In this document: piece after piece, positions 6,801 through 15,818 of the stretch | Numbering within the stretch: the first letter of the stretch is position 1 | How the letters are laid out: each line of letters begins with the position of its first letter | Source: an uncultured Candidatus Saccharibacteria bacterium | GTDB taxonomy: Bacteria > Patescibacteriota > Minisyncoccia > Phycocordibacterales > DATGWK01 | Length of the DNA: 60,072 nt | Assembly: GCA_964442475.1 (NCBI GenBank) | Contig: CAYTZJ010000001.1 | Location: 1 to 60,072, forward strand | Reading direction: 5' to 3' | Program-made: the position numbers and the translations under genes | Notes under the pieces: generated by a model | Database searches by the model: none | Told to the model about the DNA's origin: nothing | What the model saw: the letters and a program-made list of their open reading frames with translations, nothing else

Positions 6801-7262
6801 TTAGTTATTTCTCACTCGCAATTTGGATTGTCGATGTTTATCAAGTTTTGGCAAACGAATAATTAGCAATCCATGCTTTTCCACAGCTTCTGAATCTTCG
6901 ATCTCAACTTCCTGAGGAAGGGTTATAGTGCGAGAAAAACTACCCCAATAAAGCTCTTTATGAAAATAATTATCATCACCAATACTACGTTCAATTTCCC
7001 TTTTTCCCTTAATGGTTACCATATCGCGAGTGATTGTAATGTCGAGATCCTCGGGACGAACACCAGGGACCATGGTTTTGATCACAATGTCATTAGGAGT
7101 TTGGTAGACGTCTACCATGAGCTCACCATCACCAATTTCCATATCGATCTCTTCGGTATCCCCATCTACAGAAATCCGCCTCGACGAAGTCTCTTCTTCG
7201 GTATCATCTTGAACCCTTACGGCTCCAGTCAAACGCTCAAAAAATGATCTCTTTTCTTTCAT
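6801..7262 (-). CDS. Hsp20 / alpha-crystallin small heat-shock protein
   Basis: Alpha-crystallin domain DVYQTPNDIVIKTMVPGV...FSRTITLPQEV...GLLIIRLPK. Confidence 0.85.
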   Translation of the reverse strand: MKEKRSFFERLTGAVRVQDDTEEETSSRRISVDGDTEEIDMEIGDGELMVDVYQTPNDIVIKTMVPGVRPEDLDITITRDMVTIKGKREIERSIGDDNYFHKELYWGSFSRTITLPQEVEIEDSEAVEKHGLLIIRLPKLDKHRQSKLRVRNN

Positions 7263-7957
7263 AATGTATTAATTTGATTTAATCTTTTTATTTTTTCAAA
7301 AAACACTAGTAAGCAAACGACCGAAAACCAGAGTACAAGGAATGTTCCAAGAATATTACTATTGTTATTACTCATTATAGATAAGTTAAAAAGGCTATGC
7401 AATATCGTTGCTATAAAAATTCCAATTATTGTCGTAAATCTTCTGTCACTCTTGCTTCTAAAAAAGGAAAGAGCAATACCAAGACCAACCGTAGCTGAGG
7501 TAGTAACATGAAGAAGGCTTGCACCAATAAAACGAAGATTACCCGTAGCAATAACATCTAAAATACTGTTTCTTTCACCAAAAGCACCTATCATAAAAAG
7601 AAAATTCTCTACCGCTGTAAACCCAAGTGCAGCAGTAACCATAAAAATAACCGCATCAATTGGTTCATCGAACGATTTACTTCGTAGTGCGATGATATAT
7701 GCCGCACCAAACTTCATTATTTCTTCGATAAGCGCTAACGCAAAAACAAAAGCAATTGATCCTTCAGGGAAAAAACCATAAACAACACCCTGTGTCGGTA
7801 TGGTCAAAACAACTGAAACCATTCCTGCAATAAAAGTTATAACAATAAGTCCTCGTGGTTCTGGATGTGCGCTGTCTTCTCTCAACCAAAACCAAAGCCA
7901 AAGAATAGCTGGCACCAAACCGCCAAGAAAGACGTACAAAAGAACCTCCAAATTCAT
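7259..7957 (-). CDS. PrsW-family intramembrane protease
   Basis: Multi-TM protein with EEIMKF, FTAVENFLF and HSLFN motifs. Its TGA stop overlaps the hsp20 ATG (ATGA). Confidence 0.7.
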   Translation of the reverse strand: MNLEVLLYVFLGGLVPAILWLWFWLREDSAHPEPRGLIVITFIAGMVSVVLTIPTQGVVYGFFPEGSIAFVFALALIEEIMKFGAAYIIALRSKSFDEPIDAVIFMVTAALGFTAVENFLFMIGAFGERNSILDVIATGNLRFIGASLLHVTTSATVGLGIALSFFRSKSDRRFTTIIGIFIATILHSLFNLSIMSNNNSNILGTFLVLWFSVVCLLVFFEKIKRLNQINTL

Positions 7958-7972
7958 AGAAAAATTATAACA

Positions 7973-10159
7973 CTATGCATGTGGCCACTGTTCGACCATC
8001 AACATAGAACCTTTTGATGTTGGTAATAGTGACCAAATTTCCTCTGTTACAAACGGCATGCATGGATGAAGAATTCGCAATGATGTTGTGAGTATAGTGT
8101 ACAAAGCATGTTGACGCGAAAGTTTTATCTTCTCGTCTGTTCCATTGAGAATCGGTTTTGATTCCTCAATAATTTTATCTGCAATCTCAGTCCATATATA
8201 CTGATACATTTTTTCTGCAGCAATATGAAGACGATAATCTTCGTACTCTGATGTTACTTCAGCCACAATTTCATTGAGACGTTCAAGAAGCGTTTCATCT
8301 ACCTTCGTAAATGAAACTTTTTTATCAAAATTGACTCCTTCAGAATTTTCGAGAACAAATCGGCTAATGTTCCAAATTTTATTAGCAAAATGCTTATACC
8401 CCTTAACTTTATTTTCATCGAATTTCACATCATTACCAATCGCTGTACCCGACAAAAGTCCCATACGTAACGCATCAGCACCGTATTTCTTTATAAGTTC
8501 AAGTGGATCAATACCATTACCTAAGGATTTACTAAATTTTCGACCCTGCTTGTCTCGAACCAAACCATGAATCATGACAGTTTTAAATGGTACTTGTCCA
8601 AGATGAAAACCACTCATCAAAATCATACGAGAAACCCAAAGTGGCAAAATCTCATATGCTGGTGACATGAATGAGGTTGGATGAAACACGTCAAGATCTT
8701 TGGTTTTTTCTGGCCAACCGAGTGTAGAAAATGTCCAAAGTGCGGAAGAAAACCATGTATCAAGCACATCTTCTTCTTGTTTCCAGCCGTCGCCTTTTGG
8801 GGGAACAACGTCACAATAAACCTCATTGTTTCGGTACCAAACTGGAATTCGATGACCAAACCAAATCTGACGTGATATACACCAATCACGCAAATTTTGT
8901 ACCCAATGAAAATAGGTTTTACTGAACCTTTCTTGAGGCATATGTACTGCACCACCTTCGACAACCTTTTTCATCATCTCTCTGAGAGTAATCTCTGAAC
9001 CAGTTTTAATTCCCGGAATTTCTGAATAAGGAATTGTGAATGATTTATTAACACCAATCCACCACTGAAGTTTTGGTAACGGTTCGACAACAGCGCCTGT
9101 GCGCTCTGATGTAGAAATATTCTGCATTATATCCTCCTCTTTTTCTAAAAGACCTTGAGATTTGAGCCACTCAACAACGATTTCTCTTGCTTCAGTAGTT
9201 TTTTTACCATTAAGTGGTCCATCGACAGTCATTTTTGCATACTCATTGATAACTTGAGGTTTTGGTAAATTATTTTTTTCAGCAATTTCCCAATCAGTGT
9301 GGCTATGAGCAGGTGTCACACCCAGAGCTCCAGTGCCGAATTCCATCTCTACAGATGAATCTGCAACAATTTTGATATGAATTGGCACCTCACAAAAAAC
9401 CGCATCATATTTTTTACCCACAAATCTTTGGTATCGAATATCGTCAGGATGAACAGCAACAGCAACATCACCAACCTTTGTTTCCGGACGAGTTGTGGAA
9501 ATAGAAATTGGAAAATCTTTTGAATATTTGAATGTGTAGAGCTTGCCCGAACGTTCTTCATGAACAACCTCATCATCAGAAATGGTTGTTTGACCTTTTG
9601 GATCCCAATTCACAATTCTATTTCCGCGATAAATCAGTCCGGCATCATACATCCGTTTAAAGGCAGTTGCGACAGCAATATTTCTTTTTTCATCAAGCGC
9701 ATATGCGTATCGTGACCAATCGAGTGATGCACCCATAGATCGAATTTGGTTTAAAATTATACTTTCGCTGTTTTTTGCATATTCCGAAACTCTTTTCACC
9801 AATTCATCTCGTCCAATATCATGACGACTTTTACCTTCATTTTTTTGAATGTCTTTTTCAACACGAGCTTGAGTTGCAATTGCAGCCGAGTCTGTACCAG
9901 GAATCCATAATGTCTTTTTACCTCTCATTCTTTGAAAACGCACGATCGAGTCTTGTAATGAATCCTCGTAAGCATGCCCAAGATGAAGAACACCAGTCAC
10001 ATTTGGTGGCGGCAATACGAGTACAAAAGATTCTTTTCTATTACCAGGTAGATTATCTGGATTAAAATAGCCGGAATCCTCCCAACGTTTGTAGATTAAT
10101 GTTTCTGTATCCTCAGGATTGTACGGCTTGAGAAATTTTGGATTTAAATTTTTAGCCAT
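7973..10159 (-). CDS. valS: Valine--tRNA ligase
   Basis: HIGH motif (HLGHA) and KMSKS motif (KFSKS). Start moved to Met20 (MAKNLNPKF) of ORF 7973..10216. Confidence 0.9.
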   Translation of the reverse strand: MAKNLNPKFLKPYNPEDTETLIYKRWEDSGYFNPDNLPGNRKESFVLVLPPPNVTGVLHLGHAYEDSLQDSIVRFQRMRGKKTLWIPGTDSAAIATQARVEKDIQKNEGKSRHDIGRDELVKRVSEYAKNSESIILNQIRSMGASLDWSRYAYALDEKRNIAVATAFKRMYDAGLIYRGNRIVNWDPKGQTTISDDEVVHEERSGKLYTFKYSKDFPISISTTRPETKVGDVAVAVHPDDIRYQRFVGKKYDAVFCEVPIHIKIVADSSVEMEFGTGALGVTPAHSHTDWEIAEKNNLPKPQVINEYAKMTVDGPLNGKKTTEAREIVVEWLKSQGLLEKEEDIMQNISTSERTGAVVEPLPKLQWWIGVNKSFTIPYSEIPGIKTGSEITLREMMKKVVEGGAVHMPQERFSKTYFHWVQNLRDWCISRQIWFGHRIPVWYRNNEVYCDVVPPKGDGWKQEEDVLDTWFSSALWTFSTLGWPEKTKDLDVFHPTSFMSPAYEILPLWVSRMILMSGFHLGQVPFKTVMIHGLVRDKQGRKFSKSLGNGIDPLELIKKYGADALRMGLLSGTAIGNDVKFDENKVKGYKHFANKIWNISRFVLENSEGVNFDKKVSFTKVDETLLERLNEIVAEVTSEYEDYRLHIAAEKMYQYIWTEIADKIIEESKPILNGTDEKIKLSRQHALYTILTTSLRILHPCMPFVTEEIWSLLPTSKGSMLMVEQWPHA

Positions 10160-10522
10160 TAAATTATGCTTATTTTGAACATCATAGCATGCGCGAATAT
10201 TCGAATAAAATTCCAATTAGAGCTACTTGACTTTATTTAAAAAATATATTAGGATGTTGATGTCGTAAAAAGGACAAAAATAAATTGTAAAGGACAAATA
10301 TTATCAGTCCTACGAAAAAATTATTGTATACAAAAGTTTTTTAAAGGACATAATTTAAGTAGGTGTATAAAAGTCATTTTATCACATTTTGGCTTAAAAT
10401 ATGGCTTTAATAAAGACATTGGATCGCCTAATTTGATTGACTTGTTGGCTAGAAATCATTAGCATTCGGGTTGCGTCTGGAGTAAACATTACTGGCTAAA
10501 TTAACTGAGGATCGGAACAAAC

Positions 10523-13500
10523 ATGAAAACTCCACTATTTTTTTCTTTGAAGCAAAATCTTGGCACAAGACTTTTTGTGCTTATTGTTCTTGTATCTATT
10601 GTCATTCCTCAGACTTACACACTTTCAATTCCATTGGCATTTGCTGATGATGAGACACAAAACACAGAGTCAAGTAACACAGGTGCTAATGTTGAAAGAG
10701 AAACTGAAAGTTCAACTGATGAAGCAGCAAATAATTCCCGTGTTAACAATGCAACGGATAATATTGAAAAAGACGTTATTGATACAAACTCATCAGTTGG
10801 TTCCATCGATCATTCTTCAATCGAAATAGTTAATATTTCTAATAATGAAAGCATTAACGATATTTCTACGATTCCTGTCACATCAGTAAATGTGAATCCA
10901 ACTCTAGACATCAATAATTCTTCTGAAGATAATGCGAACAATTCTGGAAACACTACACACAACACATCAACAAACAACAACGATTCATCACACGAAACCG
11001 AAGATATTCAGCCGGAAGTAGCGGGGGCAAACAGCCTAACCACTACCCCTCAGACGGGCTCAATTACCGTATGTAATGTAATTGCAAAAGCTGATGGACA
11101 AATAGTCTCTTCACCAGCGGGTCTTCCGAATGCCGCTTTTTCATTAAATCTTCGAACACGAATCGGCACAGGAACCCCAATTCAAACCTCTCCTTCAATT
11201 CAAGAGTTTGATTTCTACTCTCATTTATTTACACAAACAACCCCTTCGCCAATTCCTGTGAGTGCACAGTGTATAAAATACAAAAACTTTGAGCTCAGAC
11301 AATACATCTACTCTCCGGTTACAGTAACATCTGAAATCAGCAATAGATGGGAAACACCGAAATACAACGATCAATTCATTACTTCTGTGAATTCGGTTAA
11401 TAGTTTCTACCCGTACAGCCAAGAAATGTTTGATAATAATCAAGCAAATGACGGACAAAGAAACGAAGATGCTGACGGCATCATCACTCTTACAGCCAAT
11501 CGACCAAACCGAGTTTTGGTTATTCTAAACAAACTCAAACCAGTCACACCACAAACAGGTTCAATTACTGTTTGTAATATGATTATTACTAAGAATGGTC
11601 AAATTGCCACGAGCTCTGCGGGTCTACCAGCTGGACAATTTAATATCAACTTTTACCCACTATCGAGTCCACAAACCCCTGTTCAAAACTCAGCCTTTAA
11701 CACTGCCACGTTTAATCCAGCAATACCTTCAGTTTCTGGACTTGCCGCAGAATGTAAGAAATATGAGCACCTACCACTCCAAGCGTATGTGTATACTCAA
11801 GAAACTATTACCGGTGCATCAGATGAAACATGGCAAACACCAAAATATAACGACGGGTACATATTACCTCCAAACCAACTTAATAACTACTTCCTATACA
11901 GCCCAGAATCCTTCGATAACGATCCCTCAAATGACGCTCTAAAAAACGAGGACTCCGACGGTATTATTACCCTAAACGTTAACCGACCAGACCGAGTGTT
12001 GGTTGTAATGAATAAACATAATTTGGTCGGGGGTGAACCGCCACCAGCCTGTGCAAACGGCATAGAATTATCTGTCACAGAGTTTGGTACAGCCGTATCA
12101 CAGGGTCGAATTACTTACTCACCTATTGTTGTTGATGCAGGAACCACAACCGCGACCTTTACGATACATAACAATACAGGTTGTACAGCACCCGTTACCC
12201 TAACGAGTTACAAAATGTTTGATCCGCCACCCGTTCTTTCGACTCAGGTGCTCTTTGATCGAGCAGGCGTAATTCAAGCAACATCAACCACAATCCTAAA
12301 AGTAAGAATTCCTAACTGTGCTGCTCAAATTGACGCATGGTTTGGAATGGCACCAGAATTCTTAGTTGATTCAAATCCATATTCCTACCCCTCTGTTCCA
12401 CATGTTCTAAACGCGTTACTTGTTCGACAAGACCAATCATGTAATACAAATCCAGTTAATACCCCACCCACAATTACCCTTATTGGAAGTAACCCTCTTA
12501 GCATTACCAAAGATTCAATCTTTACTGACCCTGGAGCAACAGCAACAGATGTTCAAGATGGAAACCTCACAGCTTCTATCGTGGCAACAGGTACCGTCAA
12601 TACAAGCGTGGTTGGTACATACACTCGCACTTATACCGTTACCGATTCTGGTGGTCTTTCTGCTTCAACAACTCGAACAGTCAACGTTACAAGTGGTGGT
12701 GGTCCAACAAATAACCCACCAACAATCACAGTTCTCGGTGATAACCCAATGATTGTTTATATTCACACAACTTTTACTGACCCTGGAGCAACAGCAACGG
12801 ATCCAGAAGACGGTAATCTCACAAGCCAAATCGTTACAACCGGCTCTGTGGACACCAACACTCTTGGTAGTTACACAATCACCTACACCGTTACAGACTC
12901 TAAGGGTGTTTCGGTTTCAGCTAATCGTACTGTAAATATTATAGAAAACACAGACAACAATGGTGGAGGCGGAGGTGGAGGTGGTAGTCGTCGCAAAAGT
13001 TCTGGAGGCAGAGTTCTCGGTGTAGAGACCGGTCCTACTGCGTGTTTTTATCTAAACGACTATCTCCGACGTGATCTCAATAATGATCAAGGTGAAGTAT
13101 TGAAACTTCAATTGTTTCTAAAGTATTTTGAAAATGAAGGCAACCTCATTGCAACCGGTAACTTTGACCAAGCTACCTTCGATGCCGTATCACGATTCCA
13201 AACAAAGTATTCAAGTGACATATTAAGTCCATGGGGCTATAACGCACCAACTGGTTATGTTTATATTCTGACAAAAAAGAAAGTAAACGAAATATTCTGT
13301 AAAACAGCGTTTCCAATAAACGCACAACAGCAAGAGGAGATTAATAACTTCAAATCCCTCATTCAGGGCCTTCATGATCGTGGTTTAACTGTTCCCACAG
13401 ACGGTACAATGATGATTGATGATCATGTAATAGATGTAAAGGACACAGTTGGTCTGGCAACATCTACCAATCCAGAAAATCCAAATTCGGAAATGGTTGT

Positions 13501-13891
13501 AAAGGACAAAATGATAAAGGACAAAATGAATACGGAACATTTGAGAGCTGTAGCAGCAGCAATCTTCAGCATACCCAAGGATCGAGAAACGATTTTACAA
13601 GGTATTTATTTCCTTCTAATAGCGCTCATCGCAATCTATCTCTTTACTGAAATCATTGTCGGTAGCCAAGACTTGAGTAAGCTTACGAAATACCGAATAC
13701 AATCTCGAAAGGCCACGGGCTACTTTGCAGGTCTCATTGTTGCAATGATTGCGGCAATCTGGTACCAAGCATTCAGCATCATCGTTCCACTCTTAGTTCT
13801 TGCGATTATTTCTGGAATATTCCTTGCGTGGACAATGACAAAAAAATCAGACGACGACACAATCAATCTTCCTCCTTCTTCAAACCGATAA
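10523..13891 (+). CDS. Giant multi-domain cell-surface protein
   Basis: N-terminal signal/TM. Two ~170-aa internal repeats (TPQTGSITVCN...W-TPKYND...DGIITL). Two DUF5011-type Ig-like repeats (PPTIT..GDNP..FTDPGATATD..DGNLT). Gly8 run, peptidoglycan-binding-like domain, three C-terminal TM helices. Confidence 0.75.
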   Translation: MKTPLFFSLKQNLGTRLFVLIVLVSIVIPQTYTLSIPLAFADDETQNTESSNTGANVERETESSTDEAANNSRVNNATDNIEKDVIDTNSSVGSIDHSSIEIVNISNNESINDISTIPVTSVNVNPTLDINNSSEDNANNSGNTTHNTSTNNNDSSHETEDIQPEVAGANSLTTTPQTGSITVCNVIAKADGQIVSSPAGLPNAAFSLNLRTRIGTGTPIQTSPSIQEFDFYSHLFTQTTPSPIPVSAQCIKYKNFELRQYIYSPVTVTSEISNRWETPKYNDQFITSVNSVNSFYPYSQEMFDNNQANDGQRNEDADGIITLTANRPNRVLVILNKLKPVTPQTGSITVCNMIITKNGQIATSSAGLPAGQFNINFYPLSSPQTPVQNSAFNTATFNPAIPSVSGLAAECKKYEHLPLQAYVYTQETITGASDETWQTPKYNDGYILPPNQLNNYFLYSPESFDNDPSNDALKNEDSDGIITLNVNRPDRVLVVMNKHNLVGGEPPPACANGIELSVTEFGTAVSQGRITYSPIVVDAGTTTATFTIHNNTGCTAPVTLTSYKMFDPPPVLSTQVLFDRAGVIQATSTTILKVRIPNCAAQIDAWFGMAPEFLVDSNPYSYPSVPHVLNALLVRQDQSCNTNPVNTPPTITLIGSNPLSITKDSIFTDPGATATDVQDGNLTASIVATGTVNTSVVGTYTRTYTVTDSGGLSASTTRTVNVTSGGGPTNNPPTITVLGDNPMIVYIHTTFTDPGATATDPEDGNLTSQIVTTGSVDTNTLGSYTITYTVTDSKGVSVSANRTVNIIENTDNNGGGGGGGGSRRKSSGGRVLGVETGPTACFYLNDYLRRDLNNDQGEVLKLQLFLKYFENEGNLIATGNFDQATFDAVSRFQTKYSSDILSPWGYNAPTGYVYILTKKKVNEIFCKTAFPINAQQQEEINNFKSLIQGLHDRGLTVPTDGTMMIDDHVIDVKDTVGLATSTNPENPNSEMVVKDKMIKDKMNTEHLRAVAAAIFSIPKDRETILQGIYFLLIALIAIYLFTEIIVGSQDLSKLTKYRIQSRKATGYFAGLIVAMIAAIWYQAFSIIVPLLVLAIISGIFLAWTMTKKSDDDTINLPPSSNR

Positions 13892-13904
13892 ATCATTAAT
13901 ACAC

Positions 13905-13944
13905 AAAAACCACCCCATCGAACACTCGGGGTGGTTTTTGTTTT
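13905..13944. terminator. Bidirectional intrinsic terminator
   Basis: AACCACCCC / GGGGTGGTT stem with A-run before and T-run after, between convergent genes. Confidence 0.75.
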
Positions 13945-13951
13945 ATTGGAA

Positions 13952-15109
13952 CTAAGAAAGTCTTAAGTTTCCTTGGGCCTCAATCACCGAACGATCCGAC
14001 ACACCATCCTTTTCATATCGAATATAGGCAGCGAGCGCAATCATGAGTGCGTTGTCAGTTGAAAGATTGGTCTCTGGAACAAGAAGTTTTACATCATCGA
14101 ACTCTGAAACTAATTGTTCAAATGATTTTCTAATTACCTGATTTGCAATTACCCCACCTGCAATAATCAACACCTTTGGATTATTTTTTTTAATAACGTG
14201 ACTGGTTTTTGTTACAAGCGTTTCAATAATAGCGTCCTCAAAAGCAACACAAACTTCTTTTTTTAGTTGTTCGTCGATCTCACGAACATCCCTTAGGGTA
14301 TATAAAACTGCCGTCTTTAGGCCTGAAAATGAAAAATCGTCATCCCCGCTTTTTAACATTGGTCGAGGAAAGTTGAAACGTGAAAAAATTCCTTCATCTC
14401 GAGCTTGTCTGGCATACTCAGCAACCTTTGGACCACCAGGATACGCCAAACCAAGCATACGTGCCACCTTGTCATATGCTTCACCCACAGCATCATCTCG
14501 GGTTTCGCCAAGAATTTTATATGAAAGCCAATCGTTAACCAACACAAGTTCTGTATGACCACCAGAGATAAGCAATGCAAGTGCTGGAAACCTTATAGGA
14601 CTACGAAGATTAAGCAATACAGAGGAAATATGACCCTCCATGTGATTAACGGGCATTACAGGAATACCCCATATTTCACCTAGAACCTTTGCGGCATTGA
14701 TTCCGACCCAAAGTGCCGGTTCAAGACCTGGACCATTAGTAACTGCGATTAAATCAATCTTTGGTTTCTGAACAGACTCAATAAAACTAATTATTCTTTC
14801 GGACAATTCTGGTTCCCGACTTAAATCAAGTTTAATTTTTTCTTTAATATCTGTTTCAAGATTATTTTTTTCATTCTTGAAATATAGGCCCGCTTCTTCA
14901 AAAGCCTTTTGAATAAGGGGTGCAAGGTTCTTTGAGTGTTCACGTTTAGCAAGATTTGGAAAAACACCTCCATATTGTTCATGGATTTTGATTTGAGATA
15001 AAACCAAACTCGAAAGCACGGTAAATGTGGGCTGAACTAAGCCACCCTCTGCTTCAATAATACTTACCGCTGTTTCATCACAGCTTGTTTCTATTGCTAA
15101 AATTTTCAT
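13952..15109 (-). CDS. tsaD: tRNA N6-adenosine threonylcarbamoyltransferase
   Basis: ETSCDET, HMEGH and SGGHTEL motifs. Start moved to MKILAIETS (ATG at 15109). Confidence 0.9.
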   Translation of the reverse strand: MKILAIETSCDETAVSIIEAEGGLVQPTFTVLSSLVLSQIKIHEQYGGVFPNLAKREHSKNLAPLIQKAFEEAGLYFKNEKNNLETDIKEKIKLDLSREPELSERIISFIESVQKPKIDLIAVTNGPGLEPALWVGINAAKVLGEIWGIPVMPVNHMEGHISSVLLNLRSPIRFPALALLISGGHTELVLVNDWLSYKILGETRDDAVGEAYDKVARMLGLAYPGGPKVAEYARQARDEGIFSRFNFPRPMLKSGDDDFSFSGLKTAVLYTLRDVREIDEQLKKEVCVAFEDAIIETLVTKTSHVIKKNNPKVLIIAGGVIANQVIRKSFEQLVSEFDDVKLLVPETNLSTDNALMIALAAYIRYEKDGVSDRSVIEAQGNLRLS

Positions 15110-15212
15110 AAATGTGCGAGATACCGGAATCGGACCGGTGTCTGATGCTTGGGAAGCATCCATTCTGCCACTAAACCAATCTCGCTAAAACATGTATACG
15201 AGCTAACGGGCA

Positions 15213-15584
15213 TTACTTTAACCCAAACCATGAAGCAAATCTAGTCCAAAAAGTATTCGGCGGAGATGGTGTTACAGGTGGTTTATCGTTCTTATCACGA
15301 ACAATGACAATCATTGTTTCATCCTTTTTAGCAACACCAAACTTATCTCGGATCTCTTGATCGAAACCGGGCTGACTTTTTACATATGCCAAATCATGTT
15401 CCAACTCAGATTTTCGAAGTTTAAGTTCATTGAGTTCGGCCTGCGCTTCTTTCAGACTTTGTTTACTTTCCTGGCTTTTTTTATAAATATTCCAAGTTGG
15501 TCGAAGTAAAAAAATAAAAAGCACCAGAAATACCACGATGGTGGTCTTTGAATACAGCCGTCGCTTTATTTTGAGGTACTCCAT
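15213..15584 (-). CDS. Septum formation initiator (FtsB/DivIC-like)
   Basis: N-terminal TM helix followed by a coiled coil (LKEAQAELNELKLRKSELEHDL). Confidence 0.65.
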   Translation of the reverse strand: MEYLKIKRRLYSKTTIVVFLVLFIFLLRPTWNIYKKSQESKQSLKEAQAELNELKLRKSELEHDLAYVKSQPGFDQEIRDKFGVAKKDETMIVIVRDKNDKPPVTPSPPNTFWTRFASWFGLK

Positions 15585-15697
15585 AGATAAATTATATCTT
15601 AAACCATATTAAAAACCGATCAGTTGCGAAGTTGATATTTTAGATATAAAATTCGCCTAACCCGTTGCCGACACATGTCGACCGAGGAAGATCAAAC

Positions 15698-15817
15698 ATG
15701 CTTTGGGATCAAAGAAATAGAAAAATAATTAAAATTGTGTGGGGTATACTTGCAGTCTTTGTAATTTTAAGTATGGTGTTGTTCTTTGCAAAAGGAACGA
15801 TTCTTACTACTCTCTAG
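15698..15817 (+). CDS. Possible 39-aa single-TM micro-protein
   Basis: Hand translation gives MLWDQRNRKIIKIVWGILAVFVILSMVLFFAKGTILTTL. GAGGAAG lies 9 nt upstream. Not in the ORF track because it is under 60 aa. Confidence 0.3.
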   Translation: MLWDQRNRKIIKIVWGILAVFVILSMVLFFAKGTILTTL

Positions 15818-15818
15818 A

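Noticed and set aside
12961-12990. The Gly8-coding stretch as a slippery homopolymer
   Set aside because: The DNA is an imperfect GGT/GGA/GGC mix, not a mononucleotide run, so it is unlikely to be hypermutable.
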